Source of the DNA: Gemmatimonadota bacterium
GTDB taxonomy: Bacteria; Gemmatimonadota; Gemmatimonadetes; Gemmatimonadales; GWC2-71-9
DNA: 45,698 bases
NCBI GenBank assembly: GCA_016794825.1
Contig: JAEUJH010000672.1
Span: 1 to 45,698 of the forward strand
Direction of reading: 5' to 3'
Shown here: piece by piece, positions 23,566 through 32,074 of the stretch
How positions within the stretch are numbered: the first letter of the stretch is position 1
Layout of the letters: every line of letters starts with the position of its first letter
Position numbers and translations under genes: made by a program
The notes under the pieces: model-generated
The model's database searches: none
What the model saw: only the letters and a program-made list of their open reading frames with translations
Told to the model about the DNA's origin: nothing

Positions 23566-24182
23566 CCGATTCGACCGGCTTCATTCACCTTCATCACCCG
23601 CCCCCGGAAGGGGAAACCCGCTACCTGCTCCTGCTCCACGGCACCGGGGGCGACGAGCACGACATGGTGTCGCTTGGCCGGATCGTCGCGCCCGCGTTCG
23701 GCTACCTGGCGCCCCGCGGCCAGGTTCTCGAGGGCGCCGCGCACCGGTACTTCCGCCGCCTGGCCGAGGGCGTCTTCGACGTTCCCGACCTGAAGCGCCG
23801 CGCCGACCAGCTGGCCGACTGGATCGTTGCCGCCGCCACTCGCTACCGGATCGATCGGACCCGGCTGACGGCGCTGGGATTCTCCAACGGCGCCAACATC
23901 GCGAGCGCCATGCTGTTTCAGCGCCCCGAGGCCTTCGGCGACGCGGTCCTGCTCCGCCCGATGGTGCCGTTCGAGCCGGATCCGGGTGACCTCGGGGGGC
24001 GTCGGATCCTCGCGCTGGGCGGAAGCCTGGACCCCATCACTCCGACCGAGCACCTCGACCGGCTGACGACCCTGTTGGCGGAACGGGGCGCCACGGTCGA
24101 CGCCCGCGTCGTCCCGGCCGGGCACGGCCTCGTCCGCGCCGACCTCGAGGCCGTGGCCAGCTGGCTGCAACGGACCCCCTGA
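23562..24182 (+). CDS. phospholipase/carboxylesterase family alpha/beta hydrolase
   Basis: The ATG overlaps the GT4-A stop (ATGA). LLLLHGTGGDEHD, nucleophile elbow GFSNGA, and a distal D and H (PAGHG). Confidence 0.8.
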   Translation: MTDSTGFIHLHHPPPEGETRYLLLLHGTGGDEHDMVSLGRIVAPAFGYLAPRGQVLEGAAHRYFRRLAEGVFDVPDLKRRADQLADWIVAAATRYRIDRTRLTALGFSNGANIASAMLFQRPEAFGDAVLLRPMVPFEPDPGDLGGRRILALGGSLDPITPTEHLDRLTTLLAERGATVDARVVPAGHGLVRADLEAVASWLQRTP

Positions 24183-24216
24183 GGAACTCGGCCCCGGCCG
24201 GCACACTACTATATTT

Positions 24217-24233
24217 GGGCCCGCTTCGGGCCC
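24217..24233 (+). terminator. GC hairpin after the esterase gene / in the trxB leader (function uncertain)
   Basis: GGGCCCG-ctt-CGGGCCC is preceded by the only AT-rich patch of this gap (TATATT, 24210..24215). There is no downstream U-tract, so it could equally be a 5'-UTR hairpin of a trxB transcript. Confidence 0.3.
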
Positions 24234-24275
24234 CCGGTCGCGGGGCGACGGACCTCTGAGGAGATTGCGCCGATC

Positions 24276-25217
24276 ATGGATCGATTCGATGTCATCATCG
24301 TGGGCGCCGGCCCGGCGGGCCTGTGCGCCGCGATGTATGCCGGGCGGGGAATGTTGAACGCCGTCGTGCTCGAACGCGGCATCCCCGGCGGGGAGTTGCT
24401 CAACACGGAAAAGATCGAGGACTATCCGGGGTTCGAGTCGATCCTCGGCCCCGAGCTCGCCACCCGGATGACCGATCACGCCAAGAAGTTCGGCGCCGAC
24501 ATCCGGATGGAGAACGTCGAGGGCATCCACCCGCAACCCGGCGGTGGGTTCCGGGTCACCACCAGTTCGGGGGCCGAGTTCGAGGCTCCCACGGTCATCC
24601 TCACCGCAGGTGGGACGCCCACCAAGCTCGGGGTGCCCGGCGAGGCCGAGTACGCCGGGCGGGGCGTGTCGTACTGCGCGGTCTGCGACGGCGCCTTCTT
24701 CAAGGGCGAGCAGATCGCGGTCATCGGTGGCGGCGACGCGGCCGTCGAGGAGGCGGACTACCTGACCCGCTACGCCTCCAAGGTCACCATCGTGCACCGC
24801 CGCGATGCCTTCCGGGCCTCGAAGGTCGTCCAGGAACGGGCCCTCCGGAACCCGAAGATCGAGGTGCTCTGGAACAAGAAGGTCCTCGAAATGGTCGGCG
24901 ACCCGACCGGTTTGAAGCGGCTGGACCTCGAGGACACCGTCACCGGCGCCCGCTCCGAGCTGGCCGCGACCGGCGCGTTCGTGTTCATCGGCTTTACGCC
25001 CAACAGCGGGCTGGTCAAGGCGCACATCAACCACGACCCGTCGGGGTATCTCCTCACCGACGACCGGATGATGACCTCGATCCCCGGGCTGTTCGCCGCC
25101 GGCGACCTCCGGGTCCAGTTGACCCGTCAGGTCACCACCGCCGTCGGCGACGCGACCACCGCGGCCATTGCCGTCGAGAAGTACCTCACCGAACTCAAGA
25201 GCCGAGCGGCGGTCTGA
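24276..25217 (+). CDS. trxB: thioredoxin-disulfide reductase
   Basis: 313 aa. FAD motif IIVGAGPAGL, redox-active CAVCDG, NADPH motif VIGGGDAAVEEA, C-terminal GLFAAGD. Confidence 0.9.
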   Translation: MDRFDVIIVGAGPAGLCAAMYAGRGMLNAVVLERGIPGGELLNTEKIEDYPGFESILGPELATRMTDHAKKFGADIRMENVEGIHPQPGGGFRVTTSSGAEFEAPTVILTAGGTPTKLGVPGEAEYAGRGVSYCAVCDGAFFKGEQIAVIGGGDAAVEEADYLTRYASKVTIVHRRDAFRASKVVQERALRNPKIEVLWNKKVLEMVGDPTGLKRLDLEDTVTGARSELAATGAFVFIGFTPNSGLVKAHINHDPSGYLLTDDRMMTSIPGLFAAGDLRVQLTRQVTTAVGDATTAAIAVEKYLTELKSRAAV

Positions 25218-25220
25218 TCG

Positions 25221-25856
25221 ATGGCTCCGCTCCGGATCGTCACGATCCCGAACGGCCAGTTCCAGGAGAACTGCTACCTGCTGGCGGAAGCGGGCTCCAC
25301 CGACGCGGTGATCGTGGATCCCGGCGAGGAGCCCGAGCTCTTCCTGGCCACGGCGGAACGGGAAGGCCTCCAGATCCGGGAAATCTGGCTCACCCACGCG
25401 CACCTCGACCATGTCGTCGGCGTCGCCGACATCAAGGCCGCCACCGGCGCGCCGATCTTCCTCCACCCCGCTGACGAACCCCTCTACCGGAACCTTCCCC
25501 AGCAGGGGCTCTGGTTCGGCCTCCGCCTGTCGGCGCCGCCGCCGGTCGACCGACAACTGAGCCACGGCGGGAGCCTCACCCTCGGGTCGACGGTGTTCCA
25601 GGTGCGGCACACCCCCGGACACTCGGCCGGCAGCGTCTGTTTCATCACCGACGGCATCGTCATCGGCGGCGACGTCCTGTTCCAGGGCTCGATCGGCCGG
25701 ACCGACCTTCCGGGCGGGAACTTCGAGCGCCTGATCCAGTCGATCCGGGACGAGCTGCTGCCTCTGCCGGACGCCACCGTGGTCTACTCGGGGCATGGCC
25801 CCGCCACGACCGTCGGCGCCGAGCGCCGTGGTAACCCGTTCCTCGTGGAGGCGTGA
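25221..25856 (+). CDS. MBL-fold metallo-hydrolase (hydroxyacylglutathione hydrolase-like)
   Basis: THAHLDHVVG (HxHxDH), HTPGHS, GDVLF..GRTD. Starts 3 nt after the trxB stop. Confidence 0.85.
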   Translation: MAPLRIVTIPNGQFQENCYLLAEAGSTDAVIVDPGEEPELFLATAEREGLQIREIWLTHAHLDHVVGVADIKAATGAPIFLHPADEPLYRNLPQQGLWFGLRLSAPPPVDRQLSHGGSLTLGSTVFQVRHTPGHSAGSVCFITDGIVIGGDVLFQGSIGRTDLPGGNFERLIQSIRDELLPLPDATVVYSGHGPATTVGAERRGNPFLVEA

Positions 25857-25859
25857 CCT

Positions 25860-25882
25860 GTTAGGCACGAAGCCGTGACCGG
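25860..25882 (+). promoter_or_regulatory. composite cis-element GTTAGGC-n6-CCGTGACCGG upstream of GT4-B
   Basis: See element 22292..22309. The 10-mer at 25873..25882 ends 33 nt before GTG 25916. Extra CGTGAC(C) copies lie at 25852 and 25915. Confidence 0.45.
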
Positions 25883-25915
25883 GAGGAGGGGCGGCCGCCG
25901 CTAGCTTGTCAGTCC

Positions 25916-27178
25916 GTGACGAGGCTCACCGCCCTTCCGACCCTCTCGTCCGGAGCCGCTTCGGCGGATCGCTCCGGGGCCGAATTGCCCCCCCGCCTCA
26001 GACCGCACGCCCGCCTCGGCGTCCTCGACGTCACCAAGTACTTCGGCACCACCAGCGGCGGGATCAAGACCTATCTCCTGGAAAAGGCCCGCTTCGTGGC
26101 CGTCCGTCCGGAGCTTCGTCAGATCATGGTGGTTCCCGGGCCCGCCGACCGGGTCGATACCCGGAACGGGTCCCGGATCTACGCGCTTCGCGGGCCCCGG
26201 ATCCCGGCCAATCCCCCCTACCGATTCCTGCTTGCCACGCGGTCATTCCGGCGGATCGTCGAACACGAGCGGCCCGACGTCATCGAGGTCGGCAGTCCAT
26301 TTCTGGTGCCCTGGTTGAGCCGGCTGGCCAATCGGCGCCACGAAGCGCCGATGGTCTGGTACTACCATACCAACGTTCCCCGTCTGGTCGGTCCCGAGTT
26401 CGGATTGGCGCGGACTCGGGGGCTCGCGACGGCGGCGCTCGAGCGCTATGTCCGGTTCCTGGGGCGCCGGTTTCCGGTGGTCATCTGCGCCTCCGACTAC
26501 GCCGCGGCCGAACTCCACGGCTGCGGGGTCGAGCGAGTCGTCCGGGTCCCGTTAGGCGTCGACACGATCACGTTCCACCCCCGGCGGCGCGAGTGGGCAT
26601 CGGAGACGAGGGCGGTCCACGGCCTCCCGGACGGCCCCCTGGCCATCTACGCCGGCCGGTTCGCGGCCGAAAAGCGGCTCGATGTCGTCCTGGACGCGTG
26701 GGCCGAGGTGGAGCGGCGGAGTCGGATGCGGCTTGCCCTGGTCGGCGCCGGCCCGGACGAGGCCCGCCTTCGGGCTCACCCGTATGCCGCCCGGGTCACC
26801 TGGCTCCCGTACCAACGGGAGCGGGATCGGCTGGCCGACCTCCTGGCGGCCGCCGACGTGGCGGTTGCTCCGGGTCCCTCCGAGACGTTCGGGCTGGCGG
26901 TTCTCGAGAGCCTCGCGTCCGGCACCCCGGTCCTGTCCGTGGACGCCGGCGGCGCGGGCGAACTGGCGTTCCGGTCCAGAGCTGGAGAGCGCTACCGCGA
27001 TGGAGACGTCGGCCATCTCGCCCAGGCGGCGGTCTGGCTGGCGCGCCAGAACCTCCCGTTTCTCGGGGAGCGGGCTCGTCGCTACGCCGAGGCCGAGCAT
27101 TCGTGGGACGCCGTGTTCGCGGCCCTGTTCGAGGTCTACAGAGGCGTCACCAGTGGTTCGTGGCCGGAGCCCCGATGA
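25916..27178 (+). CDS. GT4 family glycosyltransferase, GT4-B
   Basis: GTG start. GRFAAEKR, and a C-terminal SETFGLAVLESLASGTPVLS (EX7E-like). The N-terminal half differs from GT4-A and GT4-C. Confidence 0.8.
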   Translation: MTRLTALPTLSSGAASADRSGAELPPRLRPHARLGVLDVTKYFGTTSGGIKTYLLEKARFVAVRPELRQIMVVPGPADRVDTRNGSRIYALRGPRIPANPPYRFLLATRSFRRIVEHERPDVIEVGSPFLVPWLSRLANRRHEAPMVWYYHTNVPRLVGPEFGLARTRGLATAALERYVRFLGRRFPVVICASDYAAAELHGCGVERVVRVPLGVDTITFHPRRREWASETRAVHGLPDGPLAIYAGRFAAEKRLDVVLDAWAEVERRSRMRLALVGAGPDEARLRAHPYAARVTWLPYQRERDRLADLLAAADVAVAPGPSETFGLAVLESLASGTPVLSVDAGGAGELAFRSRAGERYRDGDVGHLAQAAVWLARQNLPFLGERARRYAEAEHSWDAVFAALFEVYRGVTSGSWPEPR

Positions 27179-28038
27179 CGATTGGCCTGGCGGGCCACGT
27201 TGCCGCGGTTGGCCTGGTTGGCCTCGATCTCGCGGCCCGCACGGAACGGCTCCGCCTCCTGCTCGGCGCCGCCGGTCAGCGGATTGCGGGCGGCGAGGCG
27301 TTCCGGGCCAACCTCCTGGCCGATTTCGGATCGGCGATCACGCCGATGCGGGTTGGCGGCGAGCCAGCCCGGGCGGCGGGACTTCGGATGGCCGGTGTGT
27401 CCTGGCCGCGCGTCGTCGCCGCCCTCGCGACCGAGGTGGCCGTGGCGGCTCCGGTCACCGTGGGGGTTGGTGTCGGCCTGCTCGCTGCCTTTGGGGGCCA
27501 ATGGTGGCGGGACGCGGGTCTGCGGGTCCGGCAATCACCGGGGTCGATCGGCTCCTGGGTCGCGATGGTCGTCGTGGTGGCCGGATTGGCGTGGTGGGTC
27601 AGGCGCCGTTGGGCCGGACATGGGGGAGGGTCCGTGGCGGTGGCCGCCCCGGGCTCGGTCGCGGATTGCCCGGCGCCGAGCCGGCCCGGACTCGCCGGCG
27701 GTGCCCGGATCGCGGGCGTCGCGGCGCTGCTCTCGGCCGTCAATGTCCTCTGCCGGGTCTCGATTCTCCCGGTGCTGGCTTGGAGCGCCGGCGACACCAC
27801 CGCGATTGGAACGCTCGCGGTCGGCGCGTTCCTGCTGATCTATGGTCAGCTGGTGACCCCGTCGCCAGCCGGGGTCGGGATGGTCGACGCGGCGTTCCTG
27901 GCGGGCGGCGCGGGCGCGACCGACCTCGGGCTGCTCCTCGCGTGGCGCTTCTACACCACCGGCGTCGGGGCGGGGTTGGGGGGGCTGGTGGCGGCCACCC
28001 GCTTGAGCCAGCTTCGGCTGGGTCGACGCGAACGTTAG
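27175..28038 (+). CDS. UPF0104 / lysyl-PG-synthase-TM-type (flippase-like) membrane protein
   Basis: ATG 27175 overlaps the GT4-B stop (ATGA). About 8 hydrophobic segments with Gly/Ala-rich TM helices. Family call is by eye from the topology, the PMRVGGEPARAAGL-type loop, and its GT-coupled context. Confidence 0.65.
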   Translation: MTIGLAGHVAAVGLVGLDLAARTERLRLLLGAAGQRIAGGEAFRANLLADFGSAITPMRVGGEPARAAGLRMAGVSWPRVVAALATEVAVAAPVTVGVGVGLLAAFGGQWWRDAGLRVRQSPGSIGSWVAMVVVVAGLAWWVRRRWAGHGGGSVAVAAPGSVADCPAPSRPGLAGGARIAGVAALLSAVNVLCRVSILPVLAWSAGDTTAIGTLAVGAFLLIYGQLVTPSPAGVGMVDAAFLAGGAGATDLGLLLAWRFYTTGVGAGLGGLVAATRLSQLRLGRRER

Positions 28039-29180
28039 GCGGCCCTGGCCGGCCGGCCGGCGGCTGCCGCCTCGGCGTACGACCCAACCAGCTGGTCGTA
28101 GATCGGTCCCCAGGCCCGTCCCAGCGCCGTGGTCCGGGCCGCCTTGGCCAGGTTGCGGCGGAGGGCCGCATCGCCGAGCAGGCGGTCGAGCGCGTCGCGG
28201 AACGCGCCCGGGTCCACCGGGTCGGCAAGCAGGGCGTTGACCCCGTCCACTCCGAACTCGCCGATGCCGCCCGCGTTCATCGCGACCGGCGCCACACCGG
28301 CCGCCATCGCCTCCAGGGTCACGTTGCCGAAGGTCTCCGTCACCGACGGCATCGCGAAGACGTCGGCCGAAGCGTAGGCGGTCGCGAGGTCGATGCCTCG
28401 TTTCATTCCCGTCAGGTGGACTCTCGGCAGGGCCCGGCGCCGGATCGCCGGCTCCATCAGGCCCTGGCCGGTGAACACCAGGTGGGAGCGGGGGTATCGG
28501 GGGGCGAGGGACTCCCACGCGTCGAGCAGCCGTTCCACTCCCTTTTCCGGGGCGATCCGGCCGACGTAGCCGACCAGGAGGTCGTCGGGGCCGATCCCGA
28601 GATCCGATCGGTACCGGGCCGAGCGGAACGACGGCGAGAACTGGTCGGCGTCGACTCCCCGGGTCCAGATCCCGGTGTGCTCGATCCCCCGGCTCCGAAG
28701 GTGTCGTTCGAACGAGGCGCTGGGCGCCAGCACCCGATGCGCGTGCCGGTAGAACCACCGGAGGTAGATCCACCCGGCCCCGACGGCCCAGCGCATCCCG
28801 TAGCGTCCAGCGTAGCGCTCGTAGTCGGTGTGCGCCGACGCGATGATCGGCGCCCCGATGGCCCGGGCCGCGCGGAGGCCGGCGTAGCCCATCGCGAACT
28901 CCGTCGCCAGGTGAACCACGTCCGGTCGGAAGCGAGCGAGATCCGCGGTGATCTCGTCCTGGTCCGGCGCGGCCCACTGCACCTCCGGCGAGAGGAAGAA
29001 CGTACGCCCCGCGCTCCGGTGCACCTCCGGCCGATCCGCCGCGCCGCCGAGCGGGTAGGCCGCGGAGTAGACCCGGAGCTGGTGGCCGCGCCGCATCAGC
29101 GCATCGGCGGTCCGCGTCAACGTGGTCGAGACGCCACTGACCATCGGCCAGTACACCTCGGAGAAGATGGCGATTCGCAT
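28035..29180 (-). CDS. GT4 family glycosyltransferase, GT4-C (paralogue of GT4-A)
   Basis: ATG 29180 gives MRIAIFSEVYWPMVSGVS. HLATEFAMGY..HTDYERY..GRIAPEKG..ETFGNVTLEAMAAGVAPVA is colinear with GT4-A. Confidence 0.85.
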   Translation of the reverse strand: MRIAIFSEVYWPMVSGVSTTLTRTADALMRRGHQLRVYSAAYPLGGAADRPEVHRSAGRTFFLSPEVQWAAPDQDEITADLARFRPDVVHLATEFAMGYAGLRAARAIGAPIIASAHTDYERYAGRYGMRWAVGAGWIYLRWFYRHAHRVLAPSASFERHLRSRGIEHTGIWTRGVDADQFSPSFRSARYRSDLGIGPDDLLVGYVGRIAPEKGVERLLDAWESLAPRYPRSHLVFTGQGLMEPAIRRRALPRVHLTGMKRGIDLATAYASADVFAMPSVTETFGNVTLEAMAAGVAPVAMNAGGIGEFGVDGVNALLADPVDPGAFRDALDRLLGDAALRRNLAKAARTTALGRAWGPIYDQLVGSYAEAAAAGRPARAA

Positions 29181-29193
29181 CGAGTCGCTCCGG

Positions 29194-30135
29194 TCAGGTG
29201 GCTTCGGGCAGGCCCGACGGCAGCAGGACCGAATGCGGCTGCCGCTGGCGAACCAGCCCGGTAAGGGACGGGACCACGACCGCCTGGAGGAAACCGGCCA
29301 CCACGAGGCCGGCGACCGTGTCGATCGCGAAGTGGTTCTGGGTATAGACCGTCGCCAATGCAATCAGGCCCGCGAGCACGGTGACCAGGGAGGCAATCCC
29401 CGGCCGCCCGATCCGCCACGCGATCCACGCGAACGTGACCGCGCCGACCGTGTGGGAACTCGGAAACGCGGTGCCGAGCGAATCGCCCGCCGATCGGAGC
29501 CCGAGGTTGAGTTGATAGAAGTAGCCCGAGGTGAGGTCACCCTGGTAAATCGGCCACAGTTCCCGAGGACCGACCACCGGGAAGTACGAGTAGATCAGGA
29601 AGCAGCCCAGATACGACACCGCGATCCGCAGCACGACCTCCCGGCGGATTGCCAGATCTCGTCCGGCCAACAGGACGAGCGGAATCGCCGCCAGCATCAG
29701 GTAGTAAGTGAAGTAGGCCCCTTGCATCACCTCGCTCATCGCCGTCGACGGCATCGTCTCCACCCAGCTCAGGTTGAGGTGGGTTCCGAAGAGCTGGAGG
29801 TCCCACCCCGCCACCAGGGGATCGTTGATCGGCTCGGGCAGCAGGTCGTGGCGGAGACCCAACTCGCTCCAGAACATCGCCGTCCACAACAAGGGATACG
29901 TCTCCCGTAGCCCGGCCGTGACCTGGCTCAGGGGAGCCTGGACCCGGCGCAGCAGCCAGGGGAGTGCGAGCGCGCCGAGATGCACGGCGGCGAACCAGCG
30001 GGCGGAGGGGAGGCGGGGGACGAGGGGAAGCCAGGAACAGAGGAGGAGGACGTTGACCAGGGCCACCCAGCGATCGACGGGCAGCAGGGCCTCGGAATCC
30101 CGCATCGGCGCTCTCGGTTCGAGTCGCCGTAACAT
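29194..30135 (-). CDS. polytopic PAP2-superfamily protein, Aur1/Ipt1-like (PAP2_3-type) candidate phospho-headgroup transferase
   Basis: 313 aa with about 8 TM segments. C2/C3-like motifs FPSSHT and YTQNHFAIDTVAG, with no KxxxxxxRP C1 motif. Its stop lies 13 nt upstream of the GT4-C start. Confidence 0.7.
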   Translation of the reverse strand: MLRRLEPRAPMRDSEALLPVDRWVALVNVLLLCSWLPLVPRLPSARWFAAVHLGALALPWLLRRVQAPLSQVTAGLRETYPLLWTAMFWSELGLRHDLLPEPINDPLVAGWDLQLFGTHLNLSWVETMPSTAMSEVMQGAYFTYYLMLAAIPLVLLAGRDLAIRREVVLRIAVSYLGCFLIYSYFPVVGPRELWPIYQGDLTSGYFYQLNLGLRSAGDSLGTAFPSSHTVGAVTFAWIAWRIGRPGIASLVTVLAGLIALATVYTQNHFAIDTVAGLVVAGFLQAVVVPSLTGLVRQRQPHSVLLPSGLPEAT

Positions 30136-30176
30136 GGGGGTCGAATGCCTCGGGCCGACGACCGGTCGGTCACCAG

Positions 30177-30217
30177 CCGGTCACGGGGCGGTGGCGATAC
30201 GGCGTCGACGGTTAGGC
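30177..30217 (-). promoter_or_regulatory. composite cis-element (GCCTAAC-n24-CCGTGACCGG on the gene strand) upstream of the PAP2_3/GT4-C operon
   Basis: The plus strand reads CCGGTCACGG at 30177..30186 and GTTAGGC at 30211..30217. On the minus strand the 10-mer ends 41 nt before ATG 30135. Confidence 0.45.
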
Positions 30218-30257
30218 AGGTCTGGGGTCGCGGGGGGCTGGGTCGCCGTCGCCCCCG

Positions 30258-30581
30258 TCAGGGCGGCGGGGCCATGCCGATCATCATGATCGTCCGCTCG
30301 AGCGCCGCCGCCACCCCGTGGGGCACGTCGGCGGGCGCCCAGACCACCTGGCCGGGCCCGGCGTCGAACCGGTCGTCGCCGACGATCATGCTCGCCTTTC
30401 CCGAGACGATCAGATAGAATTTGTCCGCGCCTCGATGGGCGTGGACCGGTTGGGACTGACCCGGCTCGAAGCAGTTGAGTCCCAGGAACAACTGCGTGCC
30501 CCGAACCAGGTCGGTCTTGGTGGCCTTGTCGGCCGAGAATCGGCCCGCCGCGGCGGGGTCCAGCAGATACCCACTCGTCAT
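30258..30581 (-). CDS. cupin domain protein
   Basis: ATG 30581 is preceded by GGAG at -9..-6. G(X)5HxH-like PVHAHRGADKFYLIVSG, and a second motif GQVVWAPADVPHGV. Confidence 0.75.
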   Translation of the reverse strand: MTSGYLLDPAAAGRFSADKATKTDLVRGTQLFLGLNCFEPGQSQPVHAHRGADKFYLIVSGKASMIVGDDRFDAGPGQVVWAPADVPHGVAAALERTIMMIGMAPPP

Positions 30582-30615
30582 CCGATCTCCGATCTCTTTC
30601 CCCGACGAGACGGCC

Positions 30616-32034
30616 ATGTCGTACCGCATCGAGCAGGATCCCCTCGGCGAACGGCAGGTGCCGGCCGCCGCGCTGTACGGGATCCAGACCCAGAGGGCCG
30701 TCGAGAACTTCCCGATCTCAGGTCTTCGCCCGCTGCCGGTCTTCGTCGACGCGGTCATCTGGATCAAGCGGTCGGCCGCCGAGACCCATCGTCAGACCGG
30801 TCGCCTGGAACCGCGCCTGGCCGACGCGATCATCGCTGCGGCCGACGAAATCCTCGCCGGCCAGCATCGCGAGCAGTTCGTCGTCGATGTCTACCAGGCC
30901 GGCGCCGGGACCTCCCACAACATGAACTGCAACGAGGTCCTCGCCAACCGCGCCAACGAGATCCTTGGCGGCCGGCGGGGAACCTACGCGCCGATCCATC
31001 CCAACGATCACGTCAACATGGCGCAAAGCACCAACGACGTGATCCCGACGGCGCTGCGCCTTGCCGCGCTGGCCACGCTGCCGAACCTGCTCGACGCGGT
31101 CGGCGGGCTGGCCGCCACCCTGGCGGCCAAGGGCCGAGCGTTCGACCATATCGTCAAGTCGGGCCGCACCCATCTCCAGGACGCGACCCCCATCCGACTC
31201 GGCCAGGAGTTTGCCGCCTGGGGACGCACCCTCGCTCGCCACCACGCCAAACTGGTCGAGGCCGCCCGCTGGCTCCAGCCCCTGCCGATCGGCGGGACCG
31301 CGGTCGGGACGGGCCTCAATGCCGAGCCCGATTATCCGCGCCTCATGGTCGACCGGCTCCGGGCTCTGACGGGGCTCGATGTGGCCCTGGCCGACGACCG
31401 GATCGAGCTGATGCAGTCGATGGGCGACGTCGCGACGATGTCCGGTGCGATCCGCGCCTGTGCCCTCGACCTCAACAAGATCGCCAACGACATCCGGCTC
31501 CTCGCCTCCGGCCCGCGGACCGGTCTCGCCGAAATCGTGCTGCCCGCCGTGCAGCCCGGGTCGAGCATCATGCCGGGCAAGGTCAATCCGTCGATCGCCG
31601 AGATGGTCAACCAGGTCTGCTTCCAGGTCCTCGGCCTCGATGCCACGGTGGCCCTGGCGGCCGAGGCGGGGCAGCTCGAGCTCAATGTGATGATGCCGGT
31701 CATTGCCCACAACCTGCTCTTCGGGATGACGATCCTGGCCAATGCCATCCGGCAGTTCGATCGGGCCTGCGTGGCGGGCATCGAGGCCGACGAGCGGCAG
31801 TCCGCTCATTGGCTCGAGCGGAGCCCGGCATTGGTCACGGCGCTCGCGCCCAAGATCGGCTACGCGGAAGCGGCCAAGCTGGCCAAGGAGGCGCTGGCCA
31901 CGGGGCTTTCGGTCAGGGAACTGGTCGTGAGCCGGGGGCTGTTGCAGGGCAGGGAACTGGACGAGATCCTCGACTTGCGAGCCATGACGGAACCGGGCGT
32001 GCCGGGCGGTCGCCCGCTGCCGGGTGGCGGGTGA
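30616..32034 (+). CDS. aspA: aspartate ammonia-lyase (class II fumarase/aspartase superfamily)
   Basis: MSYRIEQDPLGERQVP start. GTSHNMNCNEVLANRA, QSTNDVIPTA (aspartase-like rather than the QSSND of FumC), and signature GSSIMPGKVNP. Confidence 0.8.
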   Translation: MSYRIEQDPLGERQVPAAALYGIQTQRAVENFPISGLRPLPVFVDAVIWIKRSAAETHRQTGRLEPRLADAIIAAADEILAGQHREQFVVDVYQAGAGTSHNMNCNEVLANRANEILGGRRGTYAPIHPNDHVNMAQSTNDVIPTALRLAALATLPNLLDAVGGLAATLAAKGRAFDHIVKSGRTHLQDATPIRLGQEFAAWGRTLARHHAKLVEAARWLQPLPIGGTAVGTGLNAEPDYPRLMVDRLRALTGLDVALADDRIELMQSMGDVATMSGAIRACALDLNKIANDIRLLASGPRTGLAEIVLPAVQPGSSIMPGKVNPSIAEMVNQVCFQVLGLDATVALAAEAGQLELNVMMPVIAHNLLFGMTILANAIRQFDRACVAGIEADERQSAHWLERSPALVTALAPKIGYAEAAKLAKEALATGLSVRELVVSRGLLQGRELDEILDLRAMTEPGVPGGRPLPGGG

Positions 32035-32074
32035 GCGCCGGGCGGGGCTGAGACCGATTCGACAAGGGGAATCC

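Noticed and set aside
24276-25217. The flavoprotein as the missing E3 (lipoamide dehydrogenase) of the nearby 2-oxo acid dehydrogenase
   Set aside because: It is 313 aa with a CAVC redox motif between the FAD and NADPH domains, which is the low-Mr thioredoxin reductase architecture. E3 enzymes are ~460 aa with an N-terminal CxxxxC.
23457-25868. 803-aa minus-strand ORF, and similarly 21466..23367, 31913..33739, 34882..36690, 38584..40305 and 40197..42053 on the minus strand, plus 10157..12034 on the plus strand
   Set aside because: All are antisense to genes with clear family signatures (trxB, MBL, GT4, aspA/esterase, CarboxypepD_reg, TPR/HD-GYP, LVIVD). They have Arg/Gly/Pro-dominated composition and lack signal peptides, motifs or sensible starts.
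30615-30617. Minus-strand ATG at 30617 as the cupin start (would overlap the aspA start codon in a CATG palindrome)
   Set aside because: ATG 30581 has a well-spaced GGAG Shine-Dalgarno and gives a normal-length cupin. The 12 extra residues (MAVSSGKEIGDR) add nothing recognisable.
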